NCBI GenBank assembly: GCA_034520945.1
Contig: JAXHNB010000008.1
Location: forward strand, 143,125 to 207,124
Source: Trueperaceae bacterium
GTDB lineage: Bacteria > Deinococcota > Deinococci > Deinococcales > Trueperaceae
Direction: 5' to 3'
Length of the DNA: 64,000 bases
A program made the translations under genes and the position numbers. Below the pieces are notes generated by a model. The model had not been told where the DNA came from, made no database searches, and was given only the letters and a program-made list of their open reading frames with translations. Below, piece after piece: positions 9,489 through 19,302 of this stretch (within the stretch, counting starts at the first letter, position 1; each line of letters begins with the position of its first letter).

Positions 9489-10741
9489 CCAACGGTTGGT
9501 TGCAGCTCGCTGAGCACGAGACGCTCGACATCCCGGAGTTCCCACTCGGTGCTGGCGAGGAGTTGTGGAATCGCTACGCCCGTACGGGGGCGGGTCTGGA
9601 CATCGAGTTCCCGTCGCCCCGAACGGGTGGGGCGTGGCGGATCACCAGTCGTGGCGTCGTGGGTGCGTTTCCACTTCGAGATGGAGGCGGCGTACGCGTC
9701 GTGCCGAAAGTGCCGATCGCCAACCTGCTTAGGATGATCGAGGTGGCCCAAGACGTATCCGTGCGAGAGCTCGCCGGGCAGGTCTCGGTCGCGTCGGTCG
9801 ATGATCTCTTCGACCGGCTCATCGCTGCGCTCGCCACAGGCGTCCGGCGACGCCTACGTCGGGGCCTTTTGAAGGCGTACGTCTCACGCGACGACCGCCT
9901 CCCGTACCTGCGGGGAAGGCTCGACGTTCGGCGGCATGTCCGTAGCGGCGCACATACCGTCTTTGACGTGAGCTTCCAAGAGCCGTCCGTCGACCACCAT
10001 GACAATCAGGTTCTCTTGGCGACGCTCGCGCGCGTCGTCCGGTCGCCACTCCTACGCAGCGAAACGCGAGCGTCGGTTCGGAAGGCGCTGCGCGCCCTCT
10101 CGACCGATGTGTCGCTGGTTCCCGTGGCAGCCCAAGACGCCGTCCGCGGGCCGTACCATCGCCTTCGCAGGGACTACCTGCGGTTGCACAGATTGTGCCG
10201 GTTCCTCCTCGGGCACAGCGGACCGATGGTCCAGGAGGGGACCTACGTGACGACCCCGTTCCTGGTGGACATGCCGAGCCTCTTCGAGACGTGCGTGGCG
10301 CGCGGCCTGGAGGAGGCGCTCCCGCGCGGCTTGCGTGTCGCGCGGCATGTCCGCGAGCGTCTCGATCCTGCTGGGCGTGTCGTCTTCGATGTCGACCTCG
10401 TGCTGCAGGAAGCGTGGTCGGGGCGGCCGCTCATCGTGCTGGACACCAAGTACAAGGATCACGACGCGCCCAGTGCTGCCGATGTTCAACAGGTCGTCGC
10501 CTATGCTGCGGCACTAGGCTGCGAGGAAGCCGCACTGGTGTACCCGACCGAGCATACGTTCGCGCCGGCGCGGGCAGGGGAGATCGTCGTTCGCCGGCTG
10601 GGGGTGCCGCTCGACGGTGATGTGGGCGTGGCCTTTCGTGAGCTTGCCGCAACGCTCGTCATGTACGCCGGAGCTGAGCACGTAGACATCCGCGCCGAGG
10701 ATGGGACCCGCCGCTACGGCGTGGGCCATGCGTCAACGTAG
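9485..10741 (+). CDS. mcrC: McrC-family PD-(D/E)xK restriction subunit
   Basis: VVPKVPIANLLRMI, LRGRLDV, DMPSLFE, DTKYK, DVQQVVAYA; GTGA overlap with mcrB. Confidence 0.9.
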   Translation: MTNGWLQLAEHETLDIPEFPLGAGEELWNRYARTGAGLDIEFPSPRTGGAWRITSRGVVGAFPLRDGGGVRVVPKVPIANLLRMIEVAQDVSVRELAGQVSVASVDDLFDRLIAALATGVRRRLRRGLLKAYVSRDDRLPYLRGRLDVRRHVRSGAHTVFDVSFQEPSVDHHDNQVLLATLARVVRSPLLRSETRASVRKALRALSTDVSLVPVAAQDAVRGPYHRLRRDYLRLHRLCRFLLGHSGPMVQEGTYVTTPFLVDMPSLFETCVARGLEEALPRGLRVARHVRERLDPAGRVVFDVDLVLQEAWSGRPLIVLDTKYKDHDAPSAADVQQVVAYAAALGCEEAALVYPTEHTFAPARAGEIVVRRLGVPLDGDVGVAFRELAATLVMYAGAEHVDIRAEDGTRRYGVGHAST

Positions 10742-11004
10742 GTGACCGTCCCGATCGCCGCGTCGTCGTGCAAGGTGATCTCCACGGTCGTGTCGAAGTC
10801 GCTCCCTTCGAAGCTTTGGAGCGACGCAGCGCCATGGTTGTCGACGGGTCCGACGAAGACCGCGGCCTGCTGCCGGTCGTAGAGGCGGTCGATGATCTCG
10901 TCCTGATCGGCGGGAATATCGACCTCGGACGCGAACGCGATCCCGATCGCGCGACCGTCGTCGATCTCGGCCACGGACGCGCTCTCCGCGAGCTCGCGCC
11001 GCAA
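10714..11004 (-). CDS. Hypothetical acidic protein (possibly fragment)
   Basis: Coding-like GC3 bias; no motif. Confidence 0.35.
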   Translation of the reverse strand: MRRELAESASVAEIDDGRAIGIAFASEVDIPADQDEIIDRLYDRQQAAVFVGPVDNHGAASLQSFEGSDFDTTVEITLHDDAAIGTVTYVDAWPTP

Positions 11005-11242
11005 TCGCGAACGCCCCCGCGGAGTTCGGCATCGGCGTCACGCAAGGCCTGAGAATGGCCCGACCTGCCGTGCATGAGTTCTCGTTCGTGCAAACGCGGC
11101 GTAGCACAAGTTTGTAAGCGCGGCACGGCGGGCACGCGCACGCCTATCTCGAACGATCAGGCGTTCGTGTGCGCGTTGCTGGGGGTGACGTCGGATTGTG
11201 GGGAGTGGCGTACGGGCGTCCTGAACGAAGCGGTGGCCGATC

Positions 11243-11368
11243 GGCAACATCGTGCCGGTGGACGGCGAACCGTTGGCCGAGTCGATGATCGCGTACGGCT
11301 CGGGCGTTACCCCGCTGCACAGGTACGAACTGAAGCGCATCGATCAGGACGATTTCGAGGAGCTGTAG
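11243..11368 (+). pseudogene. mrr: Mrr restriction endonuclease C-terminal remnant
   Basis: NIVPVDGEPLAESMIAYGSGVTPLHRYELKRIDQDDFEEL* resembles the Mrr C-terminus; no upstream body. Confidence 0.65.
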
Positions 11369-11589
11369 AACGCCGCCTCGTCGTGCCGGCTATTGCGGCC
11401 GGGGCCCACGGCAACGACGCTCCGCGCATTGTCCCCGCTCAGCGTGCGAAGCGCCGTTCAACCTGCCCGAGTGGGCATCACAAGCATTGCAGAATGCCGA
11501 ACCACTGGCGTCACGCGTTCGGCAGCAGCCTAGGGGAAGCGAGACGAAAGCCGTGAGGGGCGAGGTCGCGGTAGGGCGAAAGACGTTGG

Positions 11590-11827
11590 CAGGGAGCGTG
11601 CCCGTTGGGTCGAAGTCGCTTGGTTCGATTCTGGAGATCCGGAAGGGGGAGAGGAAGAGCCGTTCGGCCAGACCGGCCTGGTCGAGGCCCTAGCGCCTGC
11701 GAATCTCGGCGAGCCGGTGTGCGCGGACCCTGGCGAGGGCGTCCTTCTTGTACTGCTGTATGCGGCGTTCGCTGAGGCCCTGGCTCTGTACGGTTTCGCC
11801 GCGGACGTCCTTCCACCTGTGTGGCAT
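11590..11827 (-). pseudogene. XRE-family HTH antitoxin pseudogene
   Basis: MPHRWKDVR...RAHRLAEIRRR*GLDQAGLAERL...ISRIE; in-frame TAG at 11690-11692. Confidence 0.65.
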
Positions 11828-11928
11828 GGTTCGCTCCGTTCCCTGGAGTACTCGCCGTCCCGTCGTTCCGCGTGCGGGTGAACCGCTCGGAGTCGTGCGC
11901 CGTGAAGCGGCAGTCAGGCACGCGTGGC

Positions 11929-12282
11929 TCAGTGGGCGCCCTTCGCATCGTCGGCGCGTAGGTTGGCCTGGCCGGCGCCCAGCGGGATGCCGCGTTCGAT
12001 TTCTTCGCCTGCTGCGTCCTTGGCGAGGGTCAGGTCGTAGTGGTTCTGGAGGTTGAGCCAGAACTCGGGGCTGGTGCCGAAGAAGCGGCCGAGCCTGAGG
12101 GCGCTGTCGGCAGAGATGCGTCGCTTGCCGAGGACGATGGCGTTGACGCGTGGGGCGGGCACGCCGATCCGCTTGGCGAGTTCGTACTGGGAGAGACCGT
12201 ACTCGTCGAGGAACTCGTCCTTGAGGATTTCGCCGGGATGGACGGGTGGGATGTCTCGTGGGGTCGTGCGATTTGGGCTCAT
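11929..12282 (-). CDS. higA: HigA antitoxin
   Basis: HPGEILKDEFL, ISADSALRLGRFFGTSPEFWLNLQ. Confidence 0.93.
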   Translation of the reverse strand: MSPNRTTPRDIPPVHPGEILKDEFLDEYGLSQYELAKRIGVPAPRVNAIVLGKRRISADSALRLGRFFGTSPEFWLNLQNHYDLTLAKDAAGEEIERGIPLGAGQANLRADDAKGAH

Positions 12283-12310
12283 GGTTCCTCCTGGACATAG
12301 GCAAGGAAGG

Positions 12311-12592
12311 TCAATGGTAGTCGTTGATCGTCACGTCGTGCGCATTGCCGTCGTCCCAGCGAAAGCAGACACGCCATTGGTCGTTGATGCGAATACTGTG
12401 CTGGCCCTGCCTCTTGCCCCTGAGTGCTTCGAGTCGGTTGCTAGGTGGGCTACGAAGGTCATCGAGGTTGGTGGCGGCGTGCAACAGTAGCAGCTTCTTG
12501 TGGGCGCGTCGTTGAATGTCGGTGGGGAGGCGCCGAGAGTGAATGCCGTGAAAGAGGCGTTCGGTTTCGGCGTCGGCGAACGACGCGATCAC
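12311..12592 (-). CDS. higB: HigB (plasmid maintenance killer-type) toxin
   Basis: DLRSPPSNRLEALRG.RQGQHSIRINDQWRVCF.W...DYH. Confidence 0.93.
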   Translation of the reverse strand: MIASFADAETERLFHGIHSRRLPTDIQRRAHKKLLLLHAATNLDDLRSPPSNRLEALRGKRQGQHSIRINDQWRVCFRWDDGNAHDVTINDYH

Positions 12593-12635
12593 GTCCCAAG
12601 CATAACGCGTCGCGTTTATAATGTCCAGCGTTATG
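12593..12635 (-). promoter_or_regulatory. higBA leaderless promoter with operator-like inverted repeats
   Basis: TATGCT-N6-GTG on minus strand; CATAACGC (12601) / GCGTTATG (12628) inverted repeat with internal AACGCG-T-CGCGTT. Confidence 0.6.
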
Positions 12636-13264
12636 AATCGTTGTCGGTGCCTACATGGACTCTCTGGGTTCTACGAACCTGCCGTCGTAGCATGAGCGGC
12701 CGAAGCGGTCGTTCCTGGCGTGGCACAACGAAAACGGGTTCGAGGCGGGCGGGTGTGCTCGGGCCGGCCGTCGCGTCGGCGTCACGCCGGGGCCCAGAGT
12801 CGTCCGGTGCGAGGCATGTTGCGCACGCCATTTGGCGTGTCTGGAGCGACGATTCGTACGCCGAGAGCGACCGCGGCGGTAGGCCCGTTCGCATCGTCAA
12901 GGACACGATGCGCAGGCGCTCGATGCGCTCTGGCTGGGCACCCACCCAAAACCGTCCGGCCAGCGCCCCGCATACCCATCCAGGTGCGACGCGCCGGTCG
13001 GCCGGGGCTCGGAGGGTGGCGGCACGGTCCCCGCATGAATGCGCGTGCCTTTTCATCCGAGCGGTGCCTCGTCAGGCAGGGTCAGCATGTCGCACGCGGC
13101 GGCGGCTGACATCCGGTACTGCGACGCCTCCCAAGATGGTGCCGGCAATGGCCGAGGGCACGGGGGCATCGGACGGGGTGGTCACGCCCGGCGCCGGAAC
13201 ATCGGCGGCAGGGGACGCGCCCGCGTACGGGAAGACCAACCGAGACCGGGCGGTACCATGCCCC

Positions 13265-13627
13265 ATGCCCGACCCCGGCGATGCCTCGATCCACGACCTG
13301 ACCGCCCAAATCCTCGCCTTCCGTGAGGCCCGCGACTGGGCGCAGTTCCACGGCCTCAAGGACGAGGTGCTGTCGCTCCTGAGCGAGGCGGGCGAGCTGG
13401 CGGAGCATTTCCGCTGGTACGAGGGCGAGCGGCTCCAGGTCCACGTGCAGGGCCGCAAGGAGGACGTCGGCGACGAACTCGCGGACGTACTGTACTGGAC
13501 CCTCCTCCTCGCACATGACGTGGGCGTGGATCTGGCCGATGCGTTCGAGCGCAAGATGGTGAAGAACGAGCGGAAGTACCCCGTGGGGGCGGCACGGGGC
13601 CGTGCGGACAAGTACACGGACCTCTGA
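13265..13627 (+). CDS. MazG-like nucleotide pyrophosphohydrolase
   Basis: FREARDWAQFH, EAGELAEHF, DELADVLY, KM.KN.RKYP. Confidence 0.9.
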   Translation: MPDPGDASIHDLTAQILAFREARDWAQFHGLKDEVLSLLSEAGELAEHFRWYEGERLQVHVQGRKEDVGDELADVLYWTLLLAHDVGVDLADAFERKMVKNERKYPVGAARGRADKYTDL

Positions 13628-13666
13628 TCCGTGGGCATGTCAGGCTGAGTGTGGAGGTCCGCATCA

Positions 13667-13750
13667 GTGCAGCTCTACGTCGGTAGCTCGACCCAATTCA
13701 TGGAGGACGCGTTTCTCGGGTCGATCAGCCAGAAGCTCAAACGTGCCCCA
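13667..13750 (+). pseudogene. N-terminal stub of probable DUF2075-type helicase/ATPase
   Basis: GGAGG RBS then MQLYVGSSTQFMEDAFLGSISQKLKRA; resembles N-termini of DUF2075 proteins that follow MazG-like genes. Confidence 0.5.
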
Positions 13751-13873
13751 TTAGCCAAACTGGTGTTGACCCAATGTTGTGACCCGACGGTGCCGCCGCG
13801 TGGACCGCTTTGCCGGTCACTCCCTTCTCTGGGTACGCGCGGTGCGGATGGCCGGCCATATGCGCTTTCGAAT

Positions 13874-14533
13874 CTACCGTTGAGGTTCTAGTTCGCGGAG
13901 GAGGCCCCTGAAGCAACGCCTGCTCGCAATACGACGAAACTGCCGTAACCGCGCGTTGAAGCGGCACGCGCCGAGGCGTTGGCCACAGCCGCATGGGCAA
14001 GGGAGCTTGTTTGCTCTGCGCTTCTTCATGCCGAGGTACTTGAGAGCCCTCCACGCTTGCTCGCCGTCGTCCAGTCCCATCATGTCTGCATAGTCGTTGA
14101 GGGCGCCCGCTGTCCCATGAGGCAGCTCACCGAATGCGAATGGGCCACCATTCTTCAGTTTCACCGAGGTAGCGAACAGGTACGGAACGAGGCAGTTCGC
14201 CGCGTAGCCTGACAGAGTCGGCTGTCGGTCCAGTTCGCACAGTAGGCGAAGGGGCGAGCCAAGGCACAGCGAGCCATCGCTGTTGACGTGGTACTCACCC
14301 GTTGCGGGAATCCTTCCGCCCGTCTCGAAGGTGATGGGTAGGTCACGGGGGAAGTTGTCAGGTACTCGAATCTTGAGCCGGAACGTCTCGGACATTCGCG
14401 CGCCGTCGTCCGCGAGCGCCACGAAGTCGAAGTGGCCTACCAGCGTGAGCCCAGGTCGGTGTACTGGCCTGATTGCCATACGTGGGTACGTACGGAGGAA
14501 GCGACTGAGGCCAATGTCGTTGGCTTCGGTCAC
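13874..14533 (-). CDS. CBASS-associated E2/UBC-like protein with C-terminal SEC-C-like Zn motif
   Basis: FPRDLP..FE, HVNSDGSLCLG (E2 active Cys), LVPYL, GELPHG..G...DY, CPCGCG....C; GTGA overlap with CD-NTase stop. Confidence 0.8.
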   Translation of the reverse strand: MTEANDIGLSRFLRTYPRMAIRPVHRPGLTLVGHFDFVALADDGARMSETFRLKIRVPDNFPRDLPITFETGGRIPATGEYHVNSDGSLCLGSPLRLLCELDRQPTLSGYAANCLVPYLFATSVKLKNGGPFAFGELPHGTAGALNDYADMMGLDDGEQAWRALKYLGMKKRRANKLPCPCGCGQRLGACRFNARLRQFRRIASRRCFRGLLRELEPQR

Positions 14534-15738
14534 CTGCGCCAAGGTTTGGGCGAGCTGCTGCCGCGAATATGGTGAACTGCGCTGGCTTGTTGGTGCGTGG
14601 CCGCCGAGCCACCAGCATTCCCAAAAATCTGTTTATCGATCTTCACTCCAAACTTCGCTTCGGCCTGCTCGACCATGGCATCAACGGTCGGGGCGTATGT
14701 GAACAGATCGAAGTCGGTCCTGGCCTGATGAAGCCACAGTCGAAACTTCCGCTCCAGTTCGAGTCTGCGTCCTTCCCGTGTACTCCACCTGTCAGCGAAG
14801 TCTTCCTCTGGGTTTACGGGGTTCGGCACGCGCGGAGGGACCGTGGCCACATGCTCCTCGATCTTGGATAGGATGTTCGCCATCGCTTGGTGCAGGTTCG
14901 CCTCGCCTGCGTACGCTCGTGCCGCCAACGTGGTGATGATGATGGAGGCCGGCTGTGTGTCCGAGTTGCGCTCGAACATGACGTCTCGGTGCCGCTTTAG
15001 GATCTGAACGACGCGCTGGAGCGGCGTCTTCCACAGGTGGGTGGGAAGCTTGTCCACGCTTTTCACCTGTTCTCTCAGCGCCTTCCACTGGAGGTACGTT
15101 TCGGCCTGTCGCATGCGCGCCTCGAACCACCGCGCGTAACCTTCCGGGTTGCTTGTGAACCAATCATCACAAACTGAGTGGTAGTGGGGGTGCCGGTCGT
15201 CGGTAATCACGACAGTCAGACGCGCCACGTCCTGAGCGAGTGGCTCGGGCGCGCCAGCCGTCACCATCAAGTTCTGGAGGTGGGATCGTACGGGTTGGGC
15301 TTGCGGAATGGCGGGCACGACGTCCATGTGAAACGCCAGGTCGTCCTGGTAGATCAGCCGCCAGCAGCGGTGCTTCTCTTTGAGTTGCTCGCTGATCCTC
15401 CGCTCGCGCCGGTAGGCGTCCAGGTCGGCGCCGACCATCTCCTTCACTTGTTCTTGGGTCCAGCTGCTATGGTCAATGTCGCCGTGGAGTACGCAGGTGA
15501 GGTCAAGGTCGTAGTCATCGCGCTTCCAGGGTCGCGTCACTGTTCCAAGCCGAAACGAGCCCTGCGGGGAAACGTCAGGATGGTAGCGAGAGCTGGTAGA
15601 GCGTATTGGCTCCTGTAGCCACGTGCCGAGATCTCGGTAGCGGGAGGAGGCGCTCTCGTATGCGGTGTTCGGAATGTCCAGTAAGTCGGCCAAGGCATCG
15701 AGCGGGGTCCTGGGCATGGAAAATTCACCTGCGCTCAC
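14530..15738 (-). CDS. CD-NTase (cGAS/DncV-like nucleotidyltransferase)
   Basis: PQGSFRLGT...DYDLD, HMDVVPA, SNPEGYA.WF, QILKRHRD, NPVNPEEDFADRW; AAGGAGG RBS before GTG 15738. Confidence 0.92.
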   Translation of the reverse strand: MSAGEFSMPRTPLDALADLLDIPNTAYESASSRYRDLGTWLQEPIRSTSSRYHPDVSPQGSFRLGTVTRPWKRDDYDLDLTCVLHGDIDHSSWTQEQVKEMVGADLDAYRRERRISEQLKEKHRCWRLIYQDDLAFHMDVVPAIPQAQPVRSHLQNLMVTAGAPEPLAQDVARLTVVITDDRHPHYHSVCDDWFTSNPEGYARWFEARMRQAETYLQWKALREQVKSVDKLPTHLWKTPLQRVVQILKRHRDVMFERNSDTQPASIIITTLAARAYAGEANLHQAMANILSKIEEHVATVPPRVPNPVNPEEDFADRWSTREGRRLELERKFRLWLHQARTDFDLFTYAPTVDAMVEQAEAKFGVKIDKQIFGNAGGSAATHQQASAVHHIRGSSSPKPWRR

Positions 15739-15968
15739 TTGGCACCTCCTTCGGGAAGGGCATCGGAAGTACGGCGGGTGCGCATTTGAAGTGGCGCCCA
15801 CAAGAAGGCAAGGGACTTGCTTTCGATATGCTCAGGGGATCGTATGTCACTCTCATTCGCTCCTCGGTACGGCCTTCGCTTGCGCGAGCACTGTTTCGTG
15901 CATGAGGGGTCTGGCCAGCGGCCCCACGGCAGCAAGCGACGCCAAGGCTTCGCGCGTAGCGTCCTCAC
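15735..15968 (-). CDS. Small hypothetical protein within CBASS operon (77 aa)
   Basis: GGAGG RBS and GTGA overlap with patatin stop; its stop overlaps the CD-NTase start. Confidence 0.45.
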   Translation of the reverse strand: MRTLRAKPWRRLLPWGRWPDPSCTKQCSRKRRPYRGANESDIRSPEHIESKSLAFLWAPLQMRTRRTSDALPEGGAK

Positions 15969-16918
15969 GCTGGTACCTCCCCGTTACGCGGGTAGATTGG
16001 CTCATACGATTCAGCCTTGTGTTTGAAGAGGTCGGCGGCTTCTCGCATTAGCGGCCTACTTTCCAAGCGCCCACGCGCGATCAATTTCTTCGTCGACACG
16101 CTGTCGAGCTCGAACTCGTTGTCCCGAACAACAGGGTCTAAGCGCAGGATGGCGCCCGTTGGCAGGAGGTGGCGCGCAATCTCGGTCGCGCTCTGACTTT
16201 GCGCCTTCATGATTAGGTCGGTGGCGTGTCCAGCCCACCTGAGACGCCCTCCAGCATCAAGGGAACTCGGCCGATGTCCCACGGGTGTCGTTGTCCCAAC
16301 GGTGAGAATCCGTATGCGGTCGAGGGGCGCACCACAGAATGCAACCGCTTCGGCGAGTCCCACTAGAATCGGGTTGTTGGCCCACAGTCCTCCGTCCACG
16401 TGGCGTATGCCGTCCACGTGGGTGCTAGCAGGGAAGTAAGTGGGGGCTGCGCTCGTGGCAAGGCCTACCTGCCACATCGGAACGTGCCAATCGCGGCGGA
16501 GGGTGGGGTGGTGTGGAGTCTTAAAGAGGTAGACCTGGTCGTTGTCGAGGTTGAATGCCGGTACTACGAGGCGCTTGTCGCTGTCACCCAGGAGGGCGTT
16601 GCCAAGCGCAATTCCTAGCGCCCTTCGGAGGTTGCCTTGATCGTACTTCGCTCGAAGGCAATGACGAACGGTCTTCGTTCGACGCCCACCGTTCTCGAAG
16701 ATTCTCGGTCCCTCCTCGACAAAGAAGTCCACAAGCTCACGAGGTCGCATACCGTTGCCCAAGGCGAGCGCGATGATTCCGCCGGTCGACGTGCCCGCAA
16801 TCAGGTCGAAATGGTCCGTGAGCCGAGTCTGAACGTCCTCTTCGAGCGCGGCAAGAACCGCAGCCGAGAAGAGCCCTTTGAACCCACCCCCGTCAAGCGC
16901 AAGGACATGGAAATCCAT
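15965..16918 (-). CDS. CBASS patatin-like phospholipase effector (CapV-like)
   Basis: DGGGFKG, GTSTG nucleophile, SAAPTYF, DGGLWANNP; alternative start at 16969. Confidence 0.9.
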   Translation of the reverse strand: MDFHVLALDGGGFKGLFSAAVLAALEEDVQTRLTDHFDLIAGTSTGGIIALALGNGMRPRELVDFFVEEGPRIFENGGRRTKTVRHCLRAKYDQGNLRRALGIALGNALLGDSDKRLVVPAFNLDNDQVYLFKTPHHPTLRRDWHVPMWQVGLATSAAPTYFPASTHVDGIRHVDGGLWANNPILVGLAEAVAFCGAPLDRIRILTVGTTTPVGHRPSSLDAGGRLRWAGHATDLIMKAQSQSATEIARHLLPTGAILRLDPVVRDNEFELDSVSTKKLIARGRLESRPLMREAADLFKHKAESYEPIYPRNGEVPA

Positions 16919-17048
16919 GTCATCTGTCTGCGCATCGTCTTGGGCTAATTGTAGGCTATATATGGACATACGGAGACGGTAGCATACAAGATAGGGTATC
17001 TGCAATTATTAAGGCACTCGGAGCGAGTGGGGCCGCGCCCCGCTTACC

Positions 17049-19088
17049 ATGAACCTCCTCGCCGTGAAAGCCTCCGCCTGGGATGAGTTGATGGAGCTAC
17101 CCCCCAGCGACCAGCCGCGCGTGTTCGCGGACCTGGACCGGTTGGCCAAGAACCCGGCGCGGTCGGACCTGAACATCGAGCCGGTGAAGGGGTGGAAGGG
17201 GGTATGGCGTTTGCGGGTGCGCGATTGGCGCATCCTGTTCCGAAAGGGCGAGCCGGTGGAGGTGCTACGCGTCGCGCGGCGCACCGATACCACCTACTCG
17301 CCGACCAAGGTGGCCTCGGCGGACGGGTCCGGGACGTACTGGACGTTGGTGCCGCGGGCGCATCTCGCGGCGGAGGCGGCGCGGGAGGCGGAAGCGGCGG
17401 CGGATGAGGCGGACGCGTGGGACGAGGCGTTCGCGGCCGGCGCGACGGTGGAGGAGGGCGAGCGGCTCCCGCTGGAGCTCACGCCGGGGGTGTTGCGCCG
17501 CTGGCACATCCCCGCGCAGCATCACGAGGTCCTGTCGGCCTGCCGCACGACGGAGGATCTGTTGGACGTGCAGGTGCCGCCTTGCGTGGCGGCGCGGGTG
17601 GTGGAGAAGCTGTACCCGCGCGACGTGGGGCAGTTGAGCGACGACGCCAACTACCTGGTGCAGGGCGAGGAGGAGCTGCACCGCTACGCCAAGGGCGACC
17701 TCACGCACCTGCTGCTGCAGTTGGACCCCGAACAGGAGGCGTTGGTGCAGCGGGACTCGAACGGCCCGATGCTGGTGCGGGGCGGTCCCGGGACGGGCAA
17801 GACGATCGTGGCGTTGCACCGCGTGCTGCGCGCGGCGCGCGAGCGGTCGGGCGCACGGATCCTGTTCGCGACCTTTACCCGGACGCTGGCGGCGTACGCC
17901 GACGAGATGTTGCGTCGCGTGCTGAGGGAACGCGGCGTGGACGACGCCAAGCTCGAGGTCGCCACCGTCGATCACCTGGCCCGCACGCGCGCGCCCGATC
18001 AGCGGACCGCCGTGAGCACGGCCGAGGCGCGACGCCGGAGCGACGGTCTTTTGCAGGGGTAGCCGAGCGCGTTGCTGCAGGAGTTGGGCGCCCGGTACCT
18101 GCACGAGGAGTTCGAGCAGGTGATCGGCGCCTGGGGCATCGAGACGCTCGATGACTACCTGCGCGCCGACCGGCGGGGGCGGCGCTTCCCGTTGGCGGCC
18201 GAGGAACGAGCCTTGGTGTGGCGGGTCTACACCGCGTTCCGGGAGGGCCTGCACCGGGACGGGCACGTCACCTGGCACGAAGCCCGCAAGCGTGCGCTGG
18301 ACCGTGCCGACCCCGCGTTCGACGTGGTGGTCGCGGATGAGGTGCAGGACCTGACGCCGGTCTCGCTTCGGTTCCTGGCCGCACTGGCGAAGGACCCGGC
18401 GCAGATCTATCTGACCGCCGACGCGGGGCAGAGCATCTACGCCAGCGGCTTCACCTGACAGGCGGTCGACGACGCGTTGGAGATCCGCGGGCGGTCCGTA
18501 CGGTTGACGCGCGACTACCGCATGACGCGGCAGGTGAACCGCGGCGTCCGCGACCTGGCGTCCAACCTTGGGCTGGACGTGCAGGACTTCCCGACGCCGG
18601 GCCGGCGGGAGGGGCCGGCGCCGCGCGTGGTCGAGACGCGGATGGGTGAGCCGGACGCGGCATATGGGGACCTGATCGACGTCCTGCGGAGCATCTGCCG
18701 CGAGCGACGCATGCCGTTGGGGATGGCGGCGGTGCTGACGCCGCGCAAGCGCTTGGAGGACGAGGTGCTGTTCGAGCTGAACGAGCGTGGCATTCCGGCC
18801 GAGCCCGGCCGCGACGGCGAGGCGGGCCTGGACCACCCGGCGGTGAAGGTGCTGACGCTTCAGTCCGCGAAGGGCCTGGAGTTTCCCATCGTGGTGGCGT
18901 TCGGCATCGACGAGGGCGTGCTGCCGCGCGAAGTGGAGGGCGTGCCGGACGAGGAACGGCCCGAGCACCGGCAACGCGACGCCCGCACGCTGTTCGTGGC
19001 TTGCAGTCGTGGCATGCGGGCGTTGGTGGTGATGCACGGCCAGGAGGCGCCGAGTCCGTTCTTGGAGGGGTTGTCGTGGGGGAAGTGA
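17049..19088 (+). pseudogene. RelE/ParE-UvrD-like SF1 helicase fusion interrupted by two in-frame stops
   Basis: N-terminal GVWRLRVRDWRILF; GGPGTGKT, DEVQD, SAKGLEF, LFVACSR in one frame; TAG 18060-18062 and TGA 18456-18458. Confidence 0.85.
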
Positions 19089-19302
19089 AGGTGGCGCCGA
19101 ACCACCGGTTGCCACCGTCGTCAATGAATGCTATCGGAGCAAGTCTCAACGACTGCATGCAAGTTGCGCTCCTCGGCACCCGTGTAACAATGTGCGCGGA
19201 TCTGCCGACGAATCGCGCACATTCCGTCGGAAGCTGGCGGAATAGACTGCCCGGCACCTGGTCAGCCACCTCGAGCCGAACACTGCAGGAAGGGCGCCGT
19301 AC

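Noticed and set aside
12640..13260. N-terminal extension of the 375-aa MazG ORF or a hidden gene
   Set aside because: Low-complexity translation with no motif in any frame; MazG homology starts at 13265
18060..18458. Programmed readthrough or recoding of stops in RelE-UvrD
   Set aside because: Two different stop codons, and neighbouring genes use TGA/TAG as normal stops; nonsense mutation is simpler
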